From the NCBI GenBank assembly GCA_050084515.1, contig CM114271.1:7316001-7380000 (forward strand): DNA of 64,000 nt, given 5' to 3'. Position numbers and translations under genes: made by a program. Source of the stretch: Blasia pusilla (taxonomy: Eukaryota). The notes beneath the pieces were generated by a model that saw only the letters and a program-made list of their open reading frames with translations, did no database searches and had not been told where the DNA came from. Positions 13,246 through 26,480 of the stretch are shown piece after piece. Every line of letters begins with the position of its first letter. The stretch's first letter is position 1.

Positions 13246-16200
13246 CACTATTTGAGGTAGTGGTGGAGTGACAATATTATCCTCAAAATCTCTTAGGGCA
13301 TGGAATAAACAATCGAAGAAGAGAGACATAAAACACATTATGGATTTTCATATGCATCGGTAGATCTATAGCTTATACGCCACGGCGTCCACTTTTTGTA
13401 GGATAGTGAAAGGCCCAATATAGCAAGGATTAAGCTTACGAACTCCTACTAATGTTAATAGGAGTTTGTAAGCCAGTTCGTAAGCTTAATCCTTGCTATA
13501 TTGGATCTTTCACTATCCTATAAAAAGTGGGCGTCGTGGCGTATAAGTTAGACCTACCAATGCTTAAGAACTGGCTTCATGAACTCCGACTATTTGAGGT
13601 AGAGGTGGAGTGACAATGTTGTCCTCAAATCTCTTAGGGCATGGAATAAACGGTCGAAGAAGAGAGACATGAAACACATGATGGATTTTCATATGCATTG
13701 GTAGATCTAGCTTATACGCCACGGCGCCCACTTTTTGTAGGATAGTGAAAGGCCCAATATTGCAAGGATTAAGCATAAAAACTGATTTGTGAACCAATTG
13801 GTTTGAAGCCCAATATAGCGAGGATTAAGCTTACGAATTGGTTTGTAGGTTGTTGCTAGCCAATTGGTTCGCAAACCAGTTTGAAGGGGACAAGGTTTGG
13901 TTAGCAACAACCAACAACGAGTTGGTTGTTGCTAACCAAACCTTGTCCCCTTCAAAAAACTCGACATCTCGACGATGAGCATCTGCATGTTGTTTTTGTC
14001 AATTTTGGGCAATAGCGAACTTCTCCTTAGCAAGTTGAACCCCTTTCTGAATCAGGTCTACAATCTCATTAATTGAAGCTACCTTTGTATGTTCCCTCAC
14101 ACTTTTCCCTATTCGAGTGAGACTAGAAGGAATTGAGGGATGCTCGTCATTCATTAAAAAGAATGATGTGGCCTTGGTAGAAGAGTTCATGGAGTTACTG
14201 TATGAGAACTCTACTAAGGGTAATAATGAGTCCAATCCTTGTTGATCCTCAATGGTACGGTGGGCCCTTTTAGTTTGTCCATCAGTTTGAGGGTGATAAG
14301 CTATAGACATGGCTAGTTTAGTTTGGAGCAATCCGAATAAAGCCTTCCAAAATAGACTCGTGGAATGGGTTTCCCTATCAGTGATAAGCGCTTTAGGAAG
14401 ACCATGATGGATAAAGACTGTCTCGATGTAGATCCTAGCTAACTTTGGTGCATTCACAATCTTCTTGGTAGGACAAAGGGGTATCATCTTGCTTAGTCTA
14501 TCCACAAAGATCAAAATAGAGTCATATCCCGTGATCGTACATGGTAGCTCACAAACAAGATCCATAGTGACTTGTTCCCAATGTTTTTGAGGTATTGGGA
14601 TGGACTGCAACAATCCTGCTGGTTTTGTGTTACTAGCCTTGATTTGTTGACAAATCCTACAACTTCTTACATATTCGTCGACATCTTCTCTCATTTTGGA
14701 CCAATAGTATGACCCGTAATGATTGTGTCGTGAGCTTAAGATAATACTTCAGTGCATAATTCTGGATCTTGTGGGATCCATACTTTACCTTTATGGAAAA
14801 CCAATCCTTGAGCCTTATATACTCTGTTGGCATGAATAGCAACTACAATTTCTTCATCCTCCTTTGTGGCTTTGGATAACTTTTTCCACCAACTAGAGTG
14901 AATCTCCACTTCAGATATGTTATTCATCTTTGGCATACGAGTCATGGCATCTTCCAACTACTTCTTCCTTCTATATAGATAATTTTCATCATGAATTTTT
15001 GTCGCCATTCTGCCCATCGAATTTGGCGTTTGGAGAGCTCCTTTTGGGACTCTAAGTAGAGCAAGGGCTTCTGATCAATCTCCACCACAAACTTCTTTTC
15101 GCCCAAGTAATATTTCCAATGCTTGGTTGCCAATACAATATCGAGTTATTCTCGCTCAATTGTATGGTAGTTTTGCTCCGCTGGAAATAGCTTGCGAGAA
15201 AAGAAGGCAATAGGATGTCATCCATCCTCCTATTCTTGTTGTAGTACTCCTCCAATGTTAGTACCTGAAGTATCTATGGCCAACTTGATCGGTCGATTAG
15301 GATCATACCACTTCAAAATAGGGGCTTTGATCAAGGCATCCTTTAATGATTGAAAAAAATCTCTTGTGATGTGCCCCAATTCCATTTTTTTTTCTTTCCC
15401 TAGTAAAGTTGTCAAAGATTGTACAATTTGAGCAAAACCTTTGACAAATCTTGGATAGAATCCTGTTAAATTTAGAAACTTCTTTAATTGAGTTTGATCC
15501 TCAGCTGCAGTCCATTTTTTTATCGCTTCTACCTTCTCACTCATCACTTGAATGCCTTCTACGCTTACTCGATGCCCTAAATAATCAACTTCTATCTTAC
15601 CGAACTCATATTTTGAAGCTTTAGCATACAACTCATTACAATAGTATTTTTCTCCTTGTAGGTGGTCGAACAAATCATCCATTCTTGGTTATGGATATTT
15701 TCTTTTGACTATTTGTTGATTCAGTGCTCGATAGTCGATACACAGTCGCATGCTTCCATCCTTATTTTTCAAAAAAAGGACAAGGGCTCCATATGGCGAG
15801 ATGCTTGGTTGGATAAAGCCTTTCTGCAACATCTCCTCCACTTGGACTTTGCATTCTTCGAATTCCCTTAGATTTAAGCGATAAGGAGCCTTACATGGTG
15901 GTGTGCTTCTTGGAAGGACCTCAATCTTGTGGTCTACCCTTTGTTTGGATGGTAACCCTCATGGTAAATCATTTAGGAATAAATCTTTGTATTCCTCCAA
16001 TACTTCTCTCAACTCGTCTGATATCTCTGAATATTTTTCAAACCACAAACATCTCTTATTAAACCTAGAAAACTTACATTTTGATGTTTGATGGAAATTT
16101 TTCCTATTACATATAGGGGTAGGGTTCTAGGACGTGATTTGACTCTATCTTCGTAAATCTTCCACTCTTGGGTCTTCACAATCTTTTTTCTCCAATCTAC

Positions 16201-17617
16201 CTCTGGATTATACTATTCCATCCAAGGCATTCCCAAGATAACATCATAACGTGCTAATCTAATGACTTTCATCTCCAAATCTTCCAGATACTTTCCTATC
16301 CTCAACTCTACCCTTTGAGGAAGCTTCTCAATCTTTTCTGTTTGCCCGTTGGGCAATTCTACCTCTTCGTTTTGATCCCTCTCTAAAGCTAAGCCCAATT
16401 TCATGGATATGGCTCTTGAAAGGAAGTTTTTGTTGCCCAAGGATCAATCAACACTCTAACTTGGGATCCTTATACTTCCCCATCTATAACAATGAGACGT
16501 GTTTCTCCTCTCTTCAAACCATTTACCTACACATATTTGTGTCGACCCTTGCCTTTCCTCCTTTTGTTAGAACCAATATATGCGCGAGGCGCGATTATTG
16601 GTGGTTGGCGTTTCCCTGAGGTCCACCTTCTTCATCATTTTCTTGCATGTGTCGTTGTTTAAGATGATTAAGGGGGCGACGATATGGCCTATTTTTGAGC
16701 TTACAAAGATGATAATTCATGGTTATATGACCATATCTACCACACTCAAAATATTGGCGTGTATCTCTTTGGACTCTCAACTCTCTCCCTCCTCTAGGAA
16801 TCCCGATCTCGTCGGTTCGACGAGAAATCCCTTGTAAGTTGGGATTTTGATCTCTCTCCATTGGCACCCTTCCATTATACCTTTGTGGCGCATAACCATC
16901 TCGTGCTCGAAGGTTACCCAACTCCATGGGTATGGGTCCGTAGTGGTTGTTCATGGAAGCAACCACCCCTCCTCCTCCTTCATACATGTTTGCCATACGT
17001 TGGGCACATGCCATTGCTTCATTGATATCTTTTGGGTTGTCTTGAATCACCTCTTGACACACCTTCCTCTTCAAACCTCTCTTGAACAGATCGAGAGCTT
17101 CAAGCCCGCTCATGTCGCGGAATTCTATCTGCAAGTCACAAAACTCTTCGATGTAGTCCTCCATAGTGCCTTTCTGGTCGAATCGCCATAATTTTATTCT
17201 AGCTGTGAGGATTGGATCTACAACTTGGAAATTTTGCAGCAGCCCTTGCTTCATTCCGCTCAATGTGATTTCTTGAGTTGTTTCAATCAAGGATCTCTCC
17301 CATCCTTGATATCATGTCAATGGTCGATCGATTAACCAAGATCTTACGAACATCCCTGCAATATGATCATCAATGTTGAAAAGGGATAAATGGATTTCCA
17401 TTTGAGTGATCCAATCCTCTAATAATCTCATGGCTCGATTTCTTTTGTACGATTCTACCTTGCATGCCTTTGTCATTTTCAATATCAATGATGCTTGAGC
17501 ATTCATCTCCATCACTCTTTGTGTTGCTTCGGCCTCTAATGCTCGTGCCCTTAAGGTTTCGTCACTCTTCCCATAAATCACAACACTCGTGGTTTTTGTC
17601 TCCATCCCACCTCTCGG

Positions 17618-17717
<100 letters not shown>

Positions 17718-18461
17718 TTCTAACCGAAGCAACTTCTTGCTCTAATTCTTGGACGTGGTTTTGATTTTGATCAAATGCAACGCTCAACTCTCTCAATTCA
17801 CGAATCATATCCCTCAAAGTTTCTTCCATGATCGCTCCTATTTTCCCCTGACCCTTTACTATCACTCTAATATAAGATCAAGATATACACTTGCCAATTT
17901 TGCACAATAGGGACTATAAAAGGCAGTGTCGACGCAATGACTTCATCATAATACTCTTGGCCAAACTTCCTCACCATAAACTTTCAATATACTATCTTAG
18001 GTTGACAAACCACATGGACTATACATTGAGTGTTAAAAAATAATTTTGGAGGCCTATTCAAATCCATTCCCCATATCTCCTCTAAAATATATATATAAAT
18101 AGTGCAATCCCACACACGATCATACGTAACAATAGGGAGGATCATCGGAAAGTGAGACTCCATCACTTACGTCATAAAAACTTTACCAAAGTGATATACG
18201 AGATATCTTGTGAACTAGTGTCTATCTACATATAAGAGTTTGATGGTGAACGGATTAAGAAATGGAAAATTAGGAGCCACTCTTGCTCCCCCTCCATCCA
18301 TTACCTGCAAAATAGCCCTTCCTCCTTACTTTACTTGCAACTCAATAGCCATTGCCAGCCTCTAACAACCTATCTACTCTCAACAGTGTATCATCACTTG
18401 GTCATCCTTCTAAGAGGGGTAATCCACTCTCGTTGGAAGAGCAACCTTGCTCTGATACCAT

Positions 18462-18815
18462 TGTAACTCTCCAGGTCACGGAACCACTCTAGAGTTGCTC
18501 AACGGTAGAATGCTCCTCGAGGCCTCTCCTCTTCCTTTATATACTTAGATATAGGTACAATGAAGATAAATTAGCTCTATCTATCCTTATGCTACGTGTC
18601 TTACTCTCATAGCATGAGAGAATCTCTTTTGGACTCTAATGTCCCAACCTCATCTTCCTCAACCTCATCCTTATCTTCATTTTCACTAACATATGGCCCC
18701 ACTCTCATCTTTATCTCATGTATCTTGTCTTTTCTCTTTTTGATTGATTCTTTCCCACTTATGCACTTCATGTCATAGATTCTAACTTAACTATGACTAA
18801 CAAAGGATGGTTACA
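18462..18815 (-). repeat. 5' LTR of element E
   Basis: 354-bp direct repeat with the PBS immediately adjacent. Confidence 0.96.
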
Positions 18816-21800
18816 CGGGCACGTAAGGAACCAAACCAAGTGAAGGGCGAGGAGCAAAGAACACAGATGTACTCAAGAAGGGCTAGACGTGACGGGACTA
18901 GCCAATCATAAAGCACAAAGGGCGATAAGACAACCATGGGTTACCAAATAGCGTGAGTCAAGACGGATGCTAGCCATGAGATACATGAACCACGGATCTT
19001 AGCTCCAAGATACGTTTGGGGAGTTGGAAGTTGCATGATATGTAGGAAGACTCCACCAAGTCATCTTGGGGGATTACTCGTCAAACGTGGATCTACGGCC
19101 AAAATTAATGGGCCAAAATTAAAGATTATGGGCCAAAATTAAAGATCCATGATGGATGATGGGGAAGGTTTAGGGTTTAGGGTTTAGAGATCCCAAAAAG
19201 TATTTGTAGGGGAGGATCCTCAACATTAGAGTTGAAAATTAAGAAGAAAGCATATAGGACTTGAAGAGAAATTAAGGTTTTTCTTAATACTATTCTATAT
19301 TAAATGAGAAAGTTCATACTTAGTTATAAGGAAATTTGATAATTTAAACTTCAAGGAAAGATAAGAGCGAAAGGAAAAAAAATCGGATTTTTGTTGAATG
19401 AAAAAAGGACCTATGAAGATAACCTCTCCAACTATATAAAAGTGCCTTAGAGTCTCATTTAGTTATGCATGTTGAAATCTATTACAAAGAAATATTTCCT
19501 CCAATAGAATTAAAGAGTTGCATATGACAATTTGGTCCCTAAATAAAACAGTTCTACGCATCCATGCAGAAGAGTTTTTGATTATTTTAATTTCCTCCCA
19601 ATCTATTTCGTTATCCTCATGTGTTCTACAAAATGTTACTTCCATATGCATGCTGTCTTTTTTCTTGGGATTTCTTGTCTACTTTTCATATTCAATTTTT
19701 TTTCCTATATTTTTTGGGACTGTATATTCACAATGATACTATGGGTGCAGCATGCAGCCTCAAGATCTGTTTTCAGATTATATAAATAAGATAAGATATA
19801 AAAAAAATCTCCAAAAAATTCCCTTGTTATCTATGATTGAGATTTTTCATTTTGATTGTGTTCGATCAATATATTTCTTGTATGGTTTTTTACCTCTATC
19901 CTTTATTTCTTTAGTTGGGTTTGTTGTGCATAAATATTTCAACTAGGCAGGGAACTAAGAGAAGAAAATATGTAATCAACATCGATATCATAAAACATGA
20001 AAATGGTCAATTTCCAAATTTTGACATTGTGACAAATAGTGGTATGGTTGATAGCAATATAAAAATGGATATTTGCAATTTCATCACATTTTGAGAAATT
20101 ATCAACAAAATTAAGTTTCAAATTTTATAGAATAGATTTATATCCACTTTATTATCAAAAAAATTTCAGAAAAGGATTTCAAGAATTCTACAAGAAACAA
20201 AATGTAGATGCACTTAATCTCATAAGAAGACAAAAAAGTCAACAACACCCCAAGAAGATGGGATAAAAATGAAAAGAAAAAGACATGAAACAAACACAAC
20301 AATAATTCAACCACTTCTGGAAAAGAAAGCTTATTTTTTATTTTTCAAATTATTTGTTAAATAATTTTAATGTATATTTTTCCCACGGGATATATTTCCT
20401 ATATTTTTCATTAAATTAAAGAAATCAGGGTAGTCTTTCCTTTCTATGAATCAAAATATCCACATTAATTTTAATTTTATATCACTTCTGAGTTTAAAAC
20501 ATAAGACATAATCTCGAATATTGAATCCGGGTTGCATTATAACATGTCTTTTTGTTTTTTAATGCTGCAAATACTAGTTTAAATTAAAAGAAAACGTCCT
20601 GAACAGAGAACCTAACCCATATCGTGTCTTTCTTTGGCCGATCCACATGTCGCCTAGTCGAACGCCCTGCAAATCTTTCGTGCTGACGACGATTATACTA
20701 TGTAGCCCACAAAGGGATTATGGGCCGGAGGTTCTCATGATCTCATCTTGGCCCTCAGCCTCTAGATCTTTTCACCACATGACCGCTCATTGTTCCAACG
20801 CACCAGATTGCCGTTGATGGCTTGCAACTTTAGACACTAAAGTTACCAAGATCTTGGCCGATGCCACATGCCGTGCCCGTATTGGTTTGTAATCACACGA
20901 GAGCGCCGCGATGTATGACTGACTTCCAACGTCGCGAGCTTTTCAGCGGCTCAGCCCACGTATCCCCACGAGTAACCTTCATGAGACTAATCCACGTATT
21001 TACTGTAGTGAGTAAATAAAAAAAAATAAGATAAAAAAATAAATGATCCCCCACCCCACCAGCACTAGTGGTCTTGTGTAGACTCTAGACTCACTGACTG
21101 AGTGGGCTTGCTTTTGTCGTTTCACTGGCGGCTATAATAACAAGACTTGACTTTTCGTTTTTATTCGTAAAATCCCTTGCTTTTCTCCCATGCCATCCAT
21201 CACCAACAACTAGTCCGCTGCACGCTTCACCATTTTTCCTTCGCTCCGGTCTTTCTCCGTTGGTTCGTTCCCCGGGAGGGTTTTGAGAGAGATTTCGACG
21301 CGCTTGCCCCTCCACGGCTCCACGCGCTTGCCACCCTAAACTGAGCTCAACCGCCCCCCAAATCTGTAATTCGCGTTATTCGCTTCCCTCCTTGTCCAGC
21401 GAGGCATACGGCATAGGGAAGGCCACGAGATGGACGAACATATGACACGCGTGAACGCATACCAATGTGCGACACTTTTCAAAGAAATATAAATTTTAAT
21501 AGAAACTTGGATGGAAAATCCATAGGATGCAAAGGAGGGGGGGCATAGAGAGGCAAAAAAACCCACCGGCCATAATCGGTCCCAAGAGACATACGGGGCT
21601 TCCCCTCTTTAACGACCAAACTCACCAACAGCAAAGACCATATCAACAACACCTAGAGAATTATGACTACTACTAAGCGGGCCTCTAGCATTGGCGTCTC
21701 CAACCGCCTGAGCCCGCCGCAAAGTTATGGAGATCCGTTGCCTACAATAAAGTATCACAATGATTAAGGACAATCCATTTCTTGACTAGAGTTGATGGGC

Positions 21801-21835
21801 ACAATCCGTAAGGAATGAGTCAAACCTCTCCCCCA

Positions 21836-22152
21836 TATCGTGCGCATACACATCGCTACACAACATACATCGATGTCACCAAACACACACATACAAACAC
21901 GCACGATCCCATGCTAACTCATAACATCCAAACAACGAGACAAGAAGTACCAAAATATCTCCAATTAAAATAAGATCTAATCTCTCTCACAACACCATAG
22001 TTCTCACATGTGTGCACTCTCACATGTCTCTCTCAATGTCAAACCAAACCCTCTCTCCTAATTAGAGGCTTGGGTTACACACACAAGGTAAGCAAGAACA
22101 TAGCTCCGCCGCCTCATGCCAAGAGGTTCAACAAAGAGAGAATGAGCTCTCA
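21836..22152 (-). mobile_element. 3'-terminal fragment (B repeat + part of A repeat) of a fourth DNMT-Gypsy family copy
   Basis: tatcgtgcgcatacacatcg...ccaaaatatctccaat followed by the A repeat; homologous to 42680-42888 and 53519-53600. Shows the uninterrupted site aaaccaaaccc where element B inserted in element C. Confidence 0.85.
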
Positions 22153-22789
22153 AGGAAGAGCGTCCAGGATTTTTCTTTTTAACTATTTTCATTATGTTCC
22201 AATTTTTTCAATCTAAAGCTCAACGTGTTTATCTTCTCAAATTTGAATTTTGGGGTCTTTTTTTTCTAATTAAGTTGGGGTTTTCCAAAATTCTTGGGAT
22301 TTTTGGACTTGCTTCTCTCTTGAATACGCTCATAGATTTTTAAACGCAAATTCACGCAAAGCGCTCTTCTTATAGTGTGATTTCGGGTTACCATCGGTTC
22401 AAGGGATTTCTCTTTCTTTTTTCCATCTTTTGCTATAGGATAGTCCCAACATTATGACCTTATTCCCTCATATCAATCATTTGTGCGTGATTCACTTTCT
22501 CTTCACATCCTCTTTCTAGATGTTTCTAATTTCTTTCGTAACTTTCTCTCGTAGTATCGGTTTTGGGCATGTTTGTTCTTATTTTGATCATCTTGACGAG
22601 TTCCTTCTTTTCATACCAAGTAGGTTTTTTTTTTTTTTTTTCCCTCCTTCTCCGTAGGCGCCTATTTTTCATATGGGTTTATTTTAAGTCGATTCCTCTT
22701 AAAAGTCTTCCTTGTTCTTTCTACTCTTTATCGACTACTTCGCCCCTCCATACATTTGCTATCTCCTTAAGGGAATTATAGATTAATAT

Positions 22790-24327
22790 TCTTGAGCGAC
22801 TTCTTTTGATACCATATAAGTCACTTCGTAAGCTCTTATGGGATAGGGTGCAAGCCATTGAGTACCACCAAATCTTCTAGCAGTCGTGGGCACGTTATAC
22901 CATTCCGTTCGGGCCAAGATCAAAGGTTCACAAACTCAAGAGATCTTGAGTACCATCGGAGTCATTCAAGGTTGCCCTCTCTCCCCTACTCTATTTGGAG
23001 TTTCATAGATGATATCAAAAAGTGGTTGGAGGAATGTGATAGTGAAGGTGTGAGCTTGGAGACTTTGTCATCAAAACTCTATTGTATGCAGATGATATCA
23101 TATTACTAGCACGTGATGACTTAGTTTACAAAAACACCTCGACACTTTGGCAAGGTTTTGTACCCAGAATCAGATGGAGAGTAATATGGAGAAGTCTAAA
23201 GTCTTTATAGTGGGTATAGATCCAAGTTCTCGTTCTTTTACAAAGGTCTACAATTAGAACAAGTGAAGAGTTACAAATATCTAGGCATTGATTTCTCTCA
23301 TACTATAGTTGGACACTTTGCGTGCAAAAGAGAGAAGAAGTTGTTTACAAAGCTCTATCTTTACTTTTAAGTCGGTATATAAGAGCTCATCTTGTGTCTT
23401 GGGGTCTTAGTAAGTTCTTATTTAGGAGCTTAGTGTTGCTAGTGGTCTTATATGGGATCCAAGTTTGGGGCCCTAGTTGTAAGAAGACAGGTTATGAGCG
23501 CATAGAAAGGGTGCAAAGATCTTTCTACAAGAAGAATTGGGTATAAGAAACCAAACTCCTTATGCTATTCTTCTTGAGGAAACAGGTTGTCTTTCTCTAG
23601 AGGTTGAAGCTCTTTACTTGACCATCACTTATATCGCAAGGGTGAGATCTCTTGATGTTTCTCGCTTGCCTCATCAAGCTTTGCGAGCCTCACGTTCCAT
23701 ATGGTGGATGGCGGATGTGGTGACTTGGTCTTCAAAGTGGAATGTGGCGGAACGCGATTGGGACTTGAAATCGATGGCACTACGTGAGCATCTTCAAAAG
23801 TAATTTCTCAACACTATTTGGAGCAGCCCGGGCAGAAAAATGGAGTTTTATCAACTTCATGTTAATCCTATGCTTGTATATTGTGAACAAGGATACATAC
23901 TTGCGGGGATCTCCACGTTCTTACGACATATTATCGCACGGCATAGAATTGGGTCTCATAGGCTAGGAATTGAGGAAGGGCAATGGTTTAATATTGATAG
24001 AAGTGAACGAATTTGTAGGTAATGTGACGGAGAAAATATTGAGGATGAAGAGCATGTGTTTCTTACATGTCCAAGGTATGAAGAGATTAGACTAGCTCAT
24101 AAAATAGACGTGGAGAATTTCTATTCTTTACTACAACTAGTGCCTTATGATTTAGGTTATTATATTAGGGATGTCATTATTCATCGCTCAAGTGCTCTAG
24201 GCAATAGCTACGAGAAGGTCTTTAGGATCTTTTTCCGGGTCAGTGAATGAATGCCATGTAATGGGTTTTTCAACCTTTTGAACCTTTGGGTCCCACGTGC
24301 TTGATCTATTTACCATTTACCATTTAC
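22790..24327 (+). mobile_element. Degenerate 5'-truncated non-LTR retrotransposon (RTEX-like LINE)
   Basis: GVIQGCPLSPTLF, LLYADDIILL, EQVKSYKYLGIDF, C-terminal RHRIGSHRLGIEEG..ERICR*C..EDEEHVFLTCPRYEEIR, and a short (TTACCAT)n-like tail at ~24310-24327. Confidence 0.85.
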
Positions 24328-25879
24328 TTCGCCTTCTCAATTTCTTTTTATATTTCTTAAAGAAACTTTCAAATACAGTGGAATGTCTTTAGGTGTATGA
24401 GAATCCAACATATCAATGTACATATTTTGGGAAGGTAATTAATTTTTTTGGGTGAGATTTGCATAATTGTGGATCGATTTCTTGATATGGAACTCAAGAA
24501 ACCCTTCGCAATATGTGGAAATCCCCTTTGGATTTGCAACACTGTGATAGAACAACCACACATTCTACCCGACTTTCCTAAAGAGGGAACCTAGGATTAC
24601 CTCTACGAGAAGTGCTTCATTTTTGGAAGCCCCATTTCCCTAATAAATAACCTTCCCATGATTCATTTATTGTGTGTGCGTGTGTGTGTCTATCTGTCTA
24701 TCTATCTATCTCTATATATACCTCCTCAGTATAAAAAAAAATTTGTAACAAAAAATAAATCTAAATGATCTTTGATAATTTTGAGGAATCATATAGTCAA
24801 ACATTTTAGAACAATAACAGCGTACTCAGTTTCACTGAAAGCACTATTACATTATTTGTAGTGAATTCTTATTAAGAGAATTTGCAAAGTTGGAGTCATG
24901 TTTTTCAAATACTTGGATATTATGCCACCATATTCCTAAATGTATTTATTTCCAATCATTTATGTTCTTTCTCATTCATAATAATGCATGGTCCTACATA
25001 CTCTGATTGATTACACATTGCAAGAAATGCAAAGGTACCCATACTCCCTAAAAAATGCATTCAATCTTAGGGAGGCCTAAGCATGTCCATAGGTTAGGTA
25101 GTAGTCCACTACAATAGAATATTATTCTTATGTTGATGCGCAAAGCTAAGTACAAGTATATATGAGCATTTGATAAGATTTCATTGGACTTCATCTTTCA
25201 TCCTCTGTCTAAGTATGATTTAGTTGTTGGTCCTGGCACACTTGATGCATTAAAAATATTACATAAAAAATCAATGAAAGCACACAAATATTTTCAAAAA
25301 AGAGATTATGGACTTGGTGGATGAGATCCACCATATACCAAATAAAATGGAGGAACAACACTAGATATTGCCATCCTTATCTAGATGGAGCAATAAGAGC
25401 ATAAGCTTATTACTATGACCATGATGCAGTTGGACCTTGATTAGAAGTTAGAGGGCATCTACTTCATCGAAAAAATATACAACATATTATGATGCGAGCA
25501 TTACCTTGTGATGAATGAGATTTATAAGTAGTGCTAAAAAGGTTGATGTTATTAAAGTGATTCAAGATATGTGTCACAAGAATGAATAAGTGGTAGGGAA
25601 ATGATAGTTATACCCATAGTTGGAGATAGATGGAGGCACTTATGACACTTGTGATGATGTCAATGCAACCAAAAATTGCATAATCATGCATTCGGTGCAT
25701 CAACATTACAAGAGTTTGAGAGGGGACCCTTGAGTAAATCTTTAGAGAATAAGAGACTCTCTCTCTCTCTAAAAAAAGTTGGTTGGACCTCAGTCTTCTC
25801 CCCAAATTCAAAGCCCATATCTCACCTAGAAACACAAGTTTGTTGCTTGTAGCAATGTCAGACCTACCTTCTAATGATG

Positions 25880-26480
25880 TGGAAGCCTCTATGGAGTCCA
25901 ACAACCGCTTCACCAAGAAGTACTGCAGTACAAGCATGGAACTCATCAATTTAGATGCCTTTGTTTTCCAAACTAAGTCGGGGTTCAAGATTGAATCCCA
26001 CTACCAATAAAAATGGTGTGTATCCTATTGCTAAATGAATGAAAATACTATACTTAAACTCTATCATAGGCAAATATTTTTCCCTATCTTTTTGACCCAT
26101 CGAGACGTAGTTTCGCAAATACTCCTCAAGCTCCAAGTTTATATGTTTTGCTTGACCCGCCGTGTTCGAGTGATAATCCGAACTTAGAAGAAAACCCGCT
26201 CCTAGTGCCTTAAGCGCACACATCCAACAATTAGAGACAAACTTAGTTTCTTGATTGGATATTAACTCACTTGAAAAATCCCAATGTTTGAAAATATCGT
26301 CAAAGAAAAAATGAGCTCCTTCCAATGTCCTAATTGTATTTTGAGTCACTATAAAAACTCCCATCTTAGAAAATCGATCACCACTACCATGATCAAATTG
26401 AATCCTTCCGATTCAAGTAATCCCATGATGAAATCCATAGCAAATCTTTCCTATGGCCCACATGGATTGGCTTCGTCTTG
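25880..26480 (-). mobile_element. Degenerate Gypsy integrase fragment
   Basis: LIMVVVDF..AHFFFDDIFKHW..LISNQETKFVS..SSDYHSNTAGQAKHINLELEEYLRNYV. Confidence 0.8.

Noticed and set aside
19167-19187. (TTTAGGG)3 interstitial telomere-like motif (similar short ones near 6540 and 26953)
   Set aside because: Only 2-3 units; such short motifs are common in plant repeats.
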